A DNA stretch of 63,750 nucleotides, counting the filler, from Octopus bimaculoides (Eukaryota): the NCBI RefSeq assembly GCF_001194135.2. It is 7 parts of 7 records of this genome, joined end to end, with 100 filler letters (N's around TTAATTAATTAA, not from the genome) between each part and the next. Parts side by side here need not be neighbours in the genome. Positions count along the whole stretch, not along the records: positions 39,636 to 57,783 come from NC_069000.1; positions 57,884 to 61,877 come from NC_068988.1; 5 more parts are not named here. One strand, given 5' to 3'. Both the position numbers and the translations under genes were made by a program. Below are positions 48,803 through 60,702 of the stretch, in pieces. Numbering within the stretch: the first letter of the stretch is position 1; each line of letters begins with the position of its first letter. The notes beneath the pieces were generated by a model that did no database searches, was not told the origin of the DNA, and saw nothing but the letters and a program-made list of their open reading frames with translations.

Positions 48803-49990
48803 NNNNNNNNNNNNNNNNNNNNNNNNNNNNNNNNNNNNNNNNNNNNNNNNNNNNNNNNNNNNNNNNNNNNNNNNNNNNNNNNNNNNNNNNNNNNNNNNNN
48901 NNNNNNNNNNNNNNNNNNNNNNNNNNNNNNNNNNNNNNNNNNNNNNNNNNNNNNNNNNNNNNNNNNNNNNNNNNNNNNNNNNNNNNNNNNNNNNNNNNNN
49001 NNNNNNNNNNNNNNNNNNNNNNNNNNNNNNNNNNNNNNNNNNNNNNNNNNNNNNNNNNNNNNNNNNNNNNNNNNNNNNNNNNNNNNNNNNNNNNNNNNNN
49101 NNNNNNNNNNNNNNNNNNNNNNNNNNNNNNNNNNNNNNNNNNNNNNNNNNNNNNNNNNNNNNNNNNNNNNNNNNNNNNNNNNNNNNNNNNNNNNNNNNNN
49201 NNNNNNNNNNNNNNNNNNNNNNNNNNNNNNNNNNNNNNNNNNNNNNNNNNNNNNNNNNNNNNNNNNNNNNNNNNNNNNNNNNNNNNNNNNNNNNNNNNNN
49301 NNNNNNNNNNNNNNNNNNNNNNNNNNNNNNNNNNNNNNNNNNNNNNNNNNNNNNNNNNNNNNNNNNNNNNNNNNNNNNNNNNNNNNNNNNNNNNNNNNNN
49401 NNNNNNNNNNNNNNNNNNNNNNNNNNNNNNNNNNNNNNNNNNNNNNNNNNNNNNNNNNNNNNNNNNNNNNNNNNNNNNNNNNNNNNNNNNNNNNNNNNNN
49501 NNNNNNNNNNNNNNNNNNNNNNNNNNNNNNNNNNNNNNNNNNNNNNNNNNNNNNNNNNNNNNNNNNNNNNNNNNNNNNNNNNNNNNNNNNNNNNNCTCTC
49601 GCTCTCTCTCACATAGTAGTATGGAAGCAAAAACATCTTTTTCTGAAACACACCAGATATAGTCTATAAATTATGGATGTTTTTAAAAGACTATTTTTTA
49701 TCATCAGAATACTTATATTTTCTCACACAACAATTAAAGTATGTTTATTTTAAATCGCTTCTTTGTAGAAAGAAAACTTTTATTTTCTCTCTCCCCACTC
49801 ACACAAAAATTAGTTTAGGCACGAAAGATTCTTTTTTTTCTAAAACGCTGGTATAAAACTGAAAATAGAAAAAAGTATGTAATTTGTTGAGATTAATCCA
49901 ATTATTTGACAGCAAAGAGGTAAGTTGTATTTTGTCGGTGAATTTTTACCTGTCTACACACTGTTATATATATGTGTGTGTGTGTGTGTA

Positions 49991-50036
49991 CAGGGGTTGG
50001 GCAAAATAATGGAAACACCTTAAAATTTCAAACAAA
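49991..50036 (+). mobile_element. Tc1-like terminal inverted repeat, cut by gap
   Basis: TA+caggggttgggcaaaataatggaaacacc, typical Tc1 TIR form. Confidence 0.5.
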
Positions 50037-50211
50037 NNNNNNNNNNNNNNNNNNNNNNNNNNNNNNNNNNNNNNNNNNNNNNNNNNNNNNNNNNNNNNNN
50101 NNNNNNNNNNNNNNNNNNNNNNNNNNNNNNNNNNNNATAAATATAATGTTTTCATCAACCATCTAGCCTATATTAACCCTCTAGACGTCAAAATGAATAG
50201 TGGTTTTTGCA

Positions 50212-50895
50212 AAAATGAAAGCTGACAGAGGTGGAGCAATAGTAATTATGGATACAGATTACTACAAAGAAAAGATACTGGAGATACTTAATAACCAGAC
50301 ATACTACAAAGAGGAATCCAAACAAACGGAGAAAGCAACAATGAAAAAAATTGTAACATTAATCAATGAATACCAGGACTGTAAAGACAAGGAGAAAGAT
50401 TATTTATGCAACTCAAGAACCAAAGAAAGCAATTTTTATGGATTATCTAAAATTCATAAAAGCTCGGAAATACAGAGAGCCAGAAATGAACAGAGGAACC
50501 ATTATATAAGAATACAAAGTCTTGCAGACCTCACAATGAAACCCATAGTTGCAGGGCCCCAAGCACCAATACAGCAACTAAGCCACTTCATAGATGTACT
50601 CCTCAAACCTTTTTGCCCACTGATACCAAGCTACATAAGGGATGACATAGACTTCCTTACACACATTCCAAATACGGTTCTGGAAAACACCATACTTGCA
50701 AGCTTCGATGTCACAAACTTATACACGAACATACCATACACCCTGGGTCTGGAAGCGATAAAATACTGAGTAGAAAAATACAGGGAACTCATAGATAAAC
50801 GTTTCAAAACAGACTTTATCACCAAAGCCAACCAATTAATACTTGAAGAGAACACATTCTCATTTAACAAGTCATACCGACAGATAAAAGGGCAC
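50212..50895 (+). pseudogene. Penelope-like element reverse-transcriptase relic
   Basis: KADRGGAIVIMD, FYGLSKIHK, MKPIVAGP, LSHFIDVLLKP, SYIRDDIDFL, SFDVTNLYTNIP, ILEENTFSFN..YRQIKG; stop at 50767 (probably TGG>TGA). Confidence 0.92.
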
Positions 50896-50897
50896 GG

Positions 50898-51420
50898 CTT
50901 CCTTTGTCTTTTCCATTGACACTCCTTTCAGATACAGAGGCACACACGCATGAACATACACACACACACTCTCTCCTCCACTGAACAATGATGCCAACTT
51001 TTTGAAAAACAACTTTCTTCCAAACAATGCCACCTGGTTTTGCCATTTTTAAAAGGCCAAGAATAAACTTGTCATTGAAAGAACTGACCAGCTATAAACA
51101 CAATTTTCTTCTTTCCTTCTCTTTCCCATTGACACTCCTTTCAGATACACAGGCACACACACACACCAACACAAAAACCCTCACACATACACTCTCTTTC
51201 ACTTTTCTCTCTATTCCTCACCCTCTTTTACTATCCTATATATCTCTCTCCACCCCTACATATTCAATAATACTATAAAAAGAGACATCGTCTGGAAGTG
51301 AAATCATATTTTGAAGAACCTACAAGAATAGGTGCAAGTGCTATTATTTATAAAACATGTGACATATCAATAAAACTCTGTAAATGTACAACCATCGAGA
51401 TATCTGAGTACCTTATTATT
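50898..51420 (+). mobile_element. Probable PLE terminal (pLTR) region with a 50-bp direct repeat and decayed hammerhead
   Basis: Repeat at 50898-50947 / 51113-51160; TTGAAGA-ACCTA-caagaa-TAGGT-GCAAGT at 51311-51339. Confidence 0.5.
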
Positions 51421-51464
51421 TTTTCTAATATATATATCTATATCTATATATATATATATTTATG

Positions 51465-51520
<56 letters not shown>

Positions 51521-51685
51521 CATGTATGTATGTATATATGTGTACACGTATGTAAATGTGTCTCTATGAAAATATGTATGCATGTATGGCCCTGTCTATA
51601 TATATGCACATACTTAAGTGTGTAAATAAGGTATATATTTGTAATTGTAAGTATGTATATGCATATATCTATGTCTGTATGTACG

Positions 51686-51723
<38 letters not shown>

Positions 51724-51889
51724 NNNNNNNNNNNNNNNNNNNNNNNNNNNNNNNNNNNNNNNNNNNNNNNNNNNNNNNNNNNNNNNNNNNNNNNNNNNNN
51801 NNNNNNNNNTATGCTAATCACTAATCATAAATAATTTTTTAAAATGTATATATGTATGTAGGTACATGTATAGGGGCATATATGCCCCT

Positions 51890-52129
51890 GGCGATCTTTC
51901 GGTACTAGTACGCAACAACTTCCGGTCGTTGCGCGCAAGCATACTGATTACATAATCGTATAGTGTGTTTATGTGTTTGAGTTTAGTGGGCCATTCATTT
52001 TTTTTCTATTTAATGTTGTCTTTTCATATTTTCAAGTCATTTAAAAACAAACGCACTATACGATAATATAATCAGTATGTGTGCGCACAACGACCGGAAG
52101 TTGTTGCGTACTAGTATCGAAAGATCGCC
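51890..52129. mobile_element. MITE, 240 bp, 81-bp TIRs
   Basis: 51890-51970 versus 52049-52129, about 90% reverse-complement match; AT-rich 78-bp core. Confidence 0.9.
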
Positions 52130-52425
52130 CTGGCTGGTGCTCTGTGGTCAGTGGCTAGACCTCAGAAGGTCTAAAGCCACTGGACGAACATGTGCAGAAA
52201 AGCTAGCTATTTATAAGAAACTATCAGCTCAAACAGGGGTTCAGAAAACTGTCAAACGCGACCTTATTCAGATAAGGCGGCGATTGGTTGGGTTGCACCC
52301 TGGCGTGAGATAGAATAAGAGAGAAAAATACGCCAATACCAACCAATCAGAGTGGTGGACATATGGTCCAAAGAAGCGGCTGAAGGCTAGCTGTTATCTG
52401 CTACGTCCGCATTCTTGTATATATA

Positions 52426-52462
<37 letters not shown>

Positions 52463-54061
52463 NNNNNNNNNNNNNNNNNNNNNNNNNNNNNNNNNNNNNN
52501 NNNNNNNNNNNNNNNNNNNNNNNNNNNNNNNNNNNNNNNNNNNNNNNNNNNNNNNNNNNNNNNNNNNNNNNNNNNNNNNNNNNNNNNNNNNNNNNNNNNN
52601 NNNNNNNNNNNNNNNNNNNNNNNNNNNNNNNNNNNNNNNNNNNNNNNNNNNNNNNNNNNNNNNNNNNNNNNNNNNNNNNNNNNNNNNNNNNNNNNNNNNN
52701 NNNNNNNNNNNNNNNNNNNNNNNNNNNNNNNNNNNNNNNNNNNNNNNNNNNNNNNNNNNNNNNNNNNNNNNNNNNNNNNNNNNNNNNNNNNNNNNNNNNN
52801 NNNNNNNNNNNNNNNNNNNNNNNNNNNNNNNNNNNNNNNNNNNNNNNNNNNNNNNNNNNNNNNNNNNNNNNNNNNNNNNNNNNNNNNNNNNNNNNNNNNN
52901 NNNNNNNNNNNNNNNNNNNNNNNNNNNNNNNNNNNNNNNNNNNNNNNNNNNNNNNNNNNNNNNNNNNNNNNNNNNNNNNNNNNNNNNNNNNNNNNNNNNN
53001 NNNNNNNNNNNNNNNNNNNNNNNNNNNNNNNNNNNNNNNNNNNNNNNNNNNNNNNNNNNNNNNNNNNNNNNNNNNNNNNNNNNNNNNNNNNNNNNNNNNN
53101 NNNNNNNNNNNNNNNNNNNNNNNNNNNNNNNNNNNNNNNNNNNNNNNNNNNNNNNNNNNNNNNNNNNNNNNNNNNNNNNNNNNNNNNNNNNNNNNNNNNN
53201 NNNNNNNNNNNNNNNNNNNNNNNNNNNNNNNNNNNNNNNNNNNNNNNNNNNNNNNNNNNNNNNNNNNNNNNNNNNNNNNNNNNNNNNNNNNNNNNNNNNN
53301 NNNNNNNNNNNNNNNNNNNNNNNNNNNNNCTGTTACAATATGTAAAATTTTTCTGCATACACACAAAAAATAACATGTCCAATATCGTTCGATCTCTGTG
53401 GCTTTCTCACTAGAAGCGAGGTAGTGTAAAAATTAACACTTCCTTCTCCAAGCCAAGATTCAAAACCGAATCTAAAAATTCTCGGTCATCCAAACCACCA
53501 CGATCAACAGGCGCAAAAACAGGTTTTCTTTGTCCTGTCAAAAAGTGATTGATCATCTCCCTTTGACCTACGACCTCAGCCATGTCAGGCGAAGTTCAAA
53601 TGGACAGGAGCTGACCTATTTAAGTACAAACTCTGCTGCAGTATGTCTGTCCTTCTAGCTGCCATGATTATTATAAATACAGTGGTCAACAGACAGAAAA
53701 AGGAAAAAGGCCTAGTAAGCAAACGAGAAGGTTCTACGACACAACAGGTTTTGGCGACCGCAGAGACCAGAGCAATGTTTAAAGTTCCATAGTAGACTAC
53801 TGTCTCAGATGAACTACATACACACACACACACAAACATATTCATTTCTGACATATCATTTCCACAGATGTACCCTGTTTCTATTTCTAGCAACTCGTAA
53901 CAATTGTCAACATTTTGCATGTAGTGAAGAATTATGTGTACCAAATACAAATTAAGTCTATAAATTATTTTAACTATGAATCGATTTACTCATTTGTTTA
54001 CTTCAAAGGCATATACATTCCTTTTGCATCTGTTCACCATGATACTCATCTAACCACTACA

Positions 54062-54880
54062 GTTGAATGCAGATAAGTGTTCAGGTTCTTATACTTGACA
54101 GGTCATATACCAAAAGAGACTTATGATGAGATGAAAGAAGTTTATGGTGACAATGTACCATCATATGACGTTGTCAAGCACTAGTATCATAAGTTCAAAT
54201 GTGGTCAGACATCAGTGGAAACTGCTCCTATTTCTGGACAACCACATTCTGCCATTGATGATGACATCATCCATAAAGTGGAAGCTGCCATTTTGGAGGA
54301 TTGCCACATAACCCAAGAAGTGAAGATGAGTATAGGGTCTGTGGAAAAAAATCATTCACAACCCTTTGCACATATGGAAATTATCTGCACAAGGGATTCC
54401 CCAGATGCTTACACATTTTCAGAAGCAGAAACAAGTCAATTGCTCCCAGGCTCTTTTGGCAATGTGCCAAGAAAACGAGGACTTTTTTGGCAGACTTATT
54501 ATACAGGATGAAACATGGATTCATCACTATGACCCTGAGACTAAAGTCCAGTCGAAGCAATGGAAGCCTGATAACTCACTACCTCCAAAGAAGGCTCATG
54601 TCCAACCCTCAGCAGGCAAGGTGATGCTCAAAGTCTTTTGGGACCAGCATGGAGTAGTGATGATGGATTTTTTGGCAAAGGGCACCATAATTAACAGGAT
54701 GCCATCAAAGCAGAGAAGCATGGCATGCTGCCCAAAGGAGTCCATCTCCTCGAAAACAACGCCCTAGTTCACAATGTGTATGTTGCCCAGATGAAAGCAC
54801 ACTCCTATGGCTATGAGATCTTTCCTCATCTCTCTTATTCCCCCGACCTCACACCATCTGACTTCCACTTCTTTCCAACC
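54062..54880 (+). pseudogene. Mariner (DD34D, irritans-like) transposase relic
   Basis: KLSAQGIPQMLT, IIQDETWIHHYDPETKVQSKQW, SAGKVMLKVFWDQHGVV, YSPDLTPSDFHFFP; frameshifts; no TIRs seen. Confidence 0.92.
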
Positions 54881-55309
54881 AAGGTATGACATCAGGCACA
54901 ATTTCAGCAGTTCAACGGAACTTTCTGAACATTTTTCATCAAACAACTGTAAATTCAAGCAACACATGAAAAAATAAAAAAAAAATGACAGGAGAAATCT
55001 AAACAAAACATTTAAACATTTCTTTTTGATTAAGTGTTTGCTTTCCTGCTTACTTTATCTTCTTTCTTTTTTTTCTTTTTCCTTGTTACCAGTTATGAAA
55101 ATTATTGACATCATTTTGTCAAAAAGGAAATACAGGATATTCCTGTTCATACTTAGAATTTATGTGTATCTGTATATTTTTCATTTTGGACCTGAGGAAC
55201 ACCAACATACTGTCGAAATATTGTTCAATTCAATAAACAGTCAGCTTTCTATTATAAATTGTATCACACTCCCTTTTTATTGTGGCTTATTATTATTATC
55301 ATTACTAAT

Positions 55310-55655
55310 AATGCTTAGTGGTATTTCATCCATTTTTACATTCTGAGTTCAAATTCCGCCGAGGTCAGCTTTGATTTTCATCCTTTTGGGGTTGATAAAT
55401 TAAATACTGGTAAAACACTGGAGTCCATGTAATTGACCATCCCCCTCCCCCAAATTTCAGGCCTTGTGCCTATAGTAGAAAGGATTATTATTATTACTAA
55501 TAATGCTTAGCAATATTTCATGCATCTTTACATTCTGAGTTCAAATTCCGCTGAGGTCGACTTTGCCTTTTCATCCTTTTAGGGTCAATGAAATAAGTAC
55601 CAGTGGAGTACTGGAGTCAATGTAATCCACTTACCTCCTTCACTGAAATTTGCCG
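55310..55655 (+). mobile_element. Two tandem 5'-truncated family C SINEs; two more decayed copies to 56390
   Basis: Both start ttactaataatgcttag and contain ttctgagttcaaattccgc. Confidence 0.82.
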
Positions 55656-56785
55656 AAAGAGGGATGAAAGTGGCAAGAATGGTATGAGAGAACGAGCCTA
55701 CCCTGAGCTTATGCCTATAGTTGGAAAGAGGAAACAAAAAAAGGCACCTGCCCCAAAAGTTAGGGGACCCATATTTCTTATGGGAGTTTTACATGAGTAG
55801 CCCTTGAACCTCTCCTCCCTATTGAGGATTACACATTGTTGATCTTCCTTTGTTTTGTTTTTTTTAATTTCATTACAATTGTTTTCACGCAACTACACAC
55901 ACATTATTTTTGTTTTGTCCTGTGCTGTCCATAATGTTTTTCTTCATGTAAACCCTTGTGGTTAATAAAGAAATCGTTACCACTACTACTACTACTACTT
56001 ATGTGACAGAGTATCAGAATTGTTAAAGCATCAGAAAAATGCATTTGTTCCATCACTTTCTGTTCTCAGTTCAAATCCTGCTGAGATCATTTTACCTTTC
56101 ATCCTCCTTGGGTAAATAAAGAACCAGCCTTGTCTAGGGCTGGTGTTTCCAACTAATCCCCTTCATTAAAAAATAGCATGCTTTGGGTCTAAATCAGCAA
56201 CCATTAAAGGCAGTAAGCTGGCAGAATCCTCAGAGTCCTGGACACAATACTTTGTGCTATTTCTTCAAACTTTCTATGTTCTAAGCTCAATTCCCGATGG
56301 AGAATATACCAAACACTGGGGTTGAAGGTATTGACTAAGCTCCTCTTCTCAAAACTGGTGGCCTTGTGCTTAAATTGGAAACTATAATTATAATTGTTTG
56401 TGTGTTGGTATATAAGATTTGTGCCAGTATTACCTGAAGATGATTAGAGAGGACATCACTTGAAACTTTATGTCAAACAACTCTGCTAAGGTAAGATAAG
56501 TAGTTTGAAGAAAAAAACATGTTTTGTTTCTGTTAAATAAAACTGAAGCAACCATAAGTATACTACATTTGATATAACAACATGCAATAATGTTCATTTG
56601 TAAGCTATTTATCACAAATAATAGTATCATAGTCATCAACAATATCAAAATCATGAACATCAACAACAACAATGACAGTAGCAGTAGCACCTTACTGATA
56701 TTTTTTATTTATAGTGAAAGAATTTTATAATTAAGAAGGTTTTGATAACAAAACATGTAAATTCTGTTGTTGTGTGTGTAGTGTA

Positions 56786-57310
56786 CATGGTCTGATCAAA
56801 AAGTATCGGGACTCGTGCGATAATAAAAAAAAAAAACGCATATCAATTTGGCATTTAATCTCCTTAGAGCTAGTTCTCTTCTGAAGCCACAAACTTTATC
56901 CAACATCATTTCCATTAATGGAAGCATTCCTGGAACTCCTTTTTTAGGATATTGAGCAGCTACCTTATCACATTCTTTTGGATTTCCTCAACATCTTGAA
57001 ATTTTGTTCCTTGCAAGTGGGATTTGATTTTTGGAAACAGGAAAAAGTCATTGCCATAAACCCATGATCCTTCATCTGTTGTGACCATTTTCAAAAAAGT
57101 TTTTGTATTCTTTGACACAATCAAAGAGATCCTGCAAAGCTAAAAACTGATGATCTTTTTGAGATGACCACACTCTACACACTTTATTTTCAAGTACTGC
57201 AGAAGTGAGTGAGAATGAGTTCAAGGTCAATCTGTGCCTAGCAGCTTCACTCTGTGTACTATAGCTCTGTTACCATAGCAACATTCCTGATGCTTTTTGA
57301 TTAGGCCTAG
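56786..57310 (-). mobile_element. Mariner deletion derivative, 525 bp, TA on both sides
   Basis: TIRs catggtctgatcaaaaagtatcggga / tcctgatgctttttgattaggcctag; minus-strand relic DEGSWVY|GNDFFLFPKIKSHLQGTKFQDVEEIQKNV...KEFQECF. Confidence 0.85.
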
Positions 57311-57686
57311 TATGCATGCATGTATGTATACATGTGTGTATGTCTGCTGTTAGGCATTTAAAAAAGCAACATAAAAATAACAACAATAATAACTGATAAA
57401 AATAAAACTGATAAAAATAAATAACAAGAAAATCACAAAAATTTGCATAACAAAGCAAACAACCAGCATCAAAAATTAAAATATTAACAACAACAACACT
57501 ACATGTATATTTTTGTTTGTTTTTTAATATAATTCAATAAGTACTGAAAATATATTTTAAGAAGAAAAATATATAAAACACACATTTGAATTCATACGTT
57601 GATGAGAAATGAACTTGTTACTCATACTAAAAGCTACAGGCAGATGTTGTAAACTGGTTAATATAAAGTTAAAGGGGTAATAACTA

Positions 57687-57733
<47 letters not shown>

Positions 57734-58414
57734 TCATGCATACACACCTGCTATTATTGTCAGTAGAACTTGGTCCTTCATATNNNNNNNNNNNNNNNNN
57801 NNNNNNNNNNNNNNNNNNNNNNNNNNNTTAATTAATTAANNNNNNNNNNNNNNNNNNNNNNNNNNNNNNNNNNNNNNNNNNNNATATATGCTTCTCTCTC
57901 TATATATATGTGTGTATATTTTACTATGTGCATTCATGTTTATGATATTGATTTTCAGATTTACTTTACAAAGAGCTCCGATGAGTATATTCATATCTAC
58001 ATGTGGTTCTCGTTGTTTGTACTTTATCTCTCTATATTAAAACATACAGACACGCACTCTCACGCATCGCACGCACAAAGCAATAGGAATACATGCGGAC
58101 ACGTGTATACAAGCATATCTATATGCGTGCGTGTGTGTGTGTGTGTTTGTGTGTGTTTGTGTTTTTGTGTGTGTTTGTGTGTTTGTGTGTTTGTGTGTGT
58201 GTATGAGTATACTACTATGTATATCCATATTTATATATACATTGAGGCGTACTTGTATAGATAGTAATATTAATATGCCTAGATATACGTATATTGATTC
58301 ATGTATATATGTGTGTGTGTGTGTGTAAAATATCAAATGTATAATATATATGATATCTATGCATATAATATATATTTAATATTATATTTTTATGTAAAAT
58401 ATATATAATGTAAT

Positions 58415-58441
58415 ATCTATCTATCTATCTATCTATCTTTA

Positions 58442-58504
<63 letters not shown>

Positions 58505-58530
58505 TTATTTATCTATCTATCTATACACAT
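58415..58530. repeat. (TATC)n microsatellite within a 1.5-kb microsatellite-rich tract
   Basis: Visible directly. Confidence 0.95.
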
Positions 58531-58649
58531 ATATAGATGTATGTATGTGTATGTATAGGTATATACATGTATACATGTAATTTTTGGTGTACATATACAT
58601 AAAAATGAATGCACACAAAAGTATCTTTTCACTCGTGTGCGTGTATGTA

Positions 58650-58713
<64 letters not shown>

Positions 58714-58864
58714 AACACACACATATACGCACATACACACACATGAATATGCATGTAAATATATATATATATAAATATATATATNNNNNNNNNNNNNNNN
58801 NNNNNNNNNNNNNNNNNNNNNNNNNNNNNNNNNNNNNNNNNNNNNNNNNNNNNNNNNNNNNTAT

Positions 58865-58896
<32 letters not shown>

Positions 58897-59218
58897 CATA
58901 TATATGTATATAAATTAGAGATATTTCGAACAAAGATTGGCCCAGGCCATGTCTAACTTTTATGTATATACATACACACACACACATATAGATATTACCG
59001 AAAGTTGACTAAGAAAATACACAACTATACTTACATAATACATATACATACGTACGTACAAAACTATCCTGATGTTAAAATTCCAACGAAGGAGCCTTGG
59101 ATCTAGATTAGAAACCTATTCTTTATTGCCAAGAAATCTTGAAGGAGAGCTGAATAATAATATACATACATACATACATACATATATATATACATACATA
59201 CATGCATACATACATACA

Positions 59219-59254
<36 letters not shown>

Positions 59255-59336
59255 TGTATGTATTCGCAATTATAGGACGACTGAATTCAACACGTTTTTT
59301 TTTTTATCATTCTCTCTTTATTTATTTCCTCTTATT

Positions 59337-59374
59337 TCTTTCTGCTGAAGAGCGTAGGCTCGAAACGTAAAAGA
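59337..59374 (+). ncRNA. Minimal hammerhead-like motif
   Basis: CTGAAGA(59345)-GcgtaggctC-GAA-ACGT-A-AAAGA; palindromic stem III, very weak stem II, stem I (TCTTT/AAAGA) offset by 3 nt. Confidence 0.4.
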
Positions 59375-59488
59375 CTTTTCCATTTCCCCGAGCATCAAAC
59401 TAATATACTTGCTTGTTGTTTCTACACCTGTCTTCGCCTTTGTTTTTCTACATATTTGAACTATATACATATAAATAGGCACGCGCGT

Positions 59489-59544
<56 letters not shown>

Positions 59545-60263
59545 ACACACACGCACACATACACAAACATATATACATAAATAAAACCAGATGGCAAAAT
59601 GTTTTTGGTAGTATCCATTCACCGTTATACCTATTTCATTTATTAGGTGTTATAAAATTATGAAAGTAAGACATCTTCTATTAGGAATTCTTCAGGCAGA
59701 GGACCATATAAGTACTATTGCTAACTAGCTGGCTCCGTGTCGCAAAAATGACGGCTACTTGTAGTATTTTATATATAAATAAGGTACATAATAATCACAC
59801 ATATAAACATTCACATACTTCCCTTGAATACGCACACACGTACACACATACGCTCGCACAGAGTTGAAACGCGGTTTGTTTGTTTTTTTCAGCGCTGAAT
59901 GTTCATAATCCCACTTTCATTGCACACTCGCATAGAGAGAGAGACAGACAGACAAACAGACAGACACACAGACACACACACACACGCGCGCGCATATATA
60001 CACACAAACATTCACATTCCTCCCTTTTACATACAGACACATATACTCACACAGAGTTGAAACGCTGTTTGATTTTTTTTCTCAGCGTTGAATGTTCATC
60101 GTCCCGGTTCCAGTTTGATATCACCCCTTCCTTCCTTATTAATCTATCACCCCTTCCTTTCTCATTCATATGTAGCGTCACAACATATGAAAGACACAAA
60201 AGTATAATTATAGTAGATTATTAATATTTTTTGATTCCTGTTTGTTTTAAATATGTAAAATTC

Positions 60264-60702
60264 TATTATTATTGAGTGGGAGAGCAGTGCATGCCATCAA
60301 AGTGACACTGGGGTAAAATATACGAAACCTAATATACCCATCATGACTACCCGTCTGATAAGGGTACACCAGGCACATGCATCACAACCATACGTGCGCG
60401 ATATGGTGATCTCATATCAAGATAAACAACGCATGACTTTGCAGGTGGGGCCCAGTTCAAATTTTCTTCAGGTTGAGTAGCCCATATCACTCAAAAGGTC
60501 CCTGGATAATTCCAAAGGTGAATTATTCAAACCCCAAAGAATTCCTCTCAACACATGGCTATGATACTCCCGCACTACTTCTGCTCATGATCAGAGATGC
60601 ACATATCGTCATCCACTAAGGGACATGCTCAACTGCTTAGGGTCAAACAACTGACAAGCAAATCTGTGATATTGAGTAGAATATTTGCTGTAGCCCATAT
60701 TT
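60264..60702 (-). mobile_element. Unclassified non-LTR-type 3' region ending in (AAT)n
   Basis: GC-richer non-coding block ending ...gcactgctctcccactcaataataatag on the minus strand; cut by gap. Class is inferred. Confidence 0.4.
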
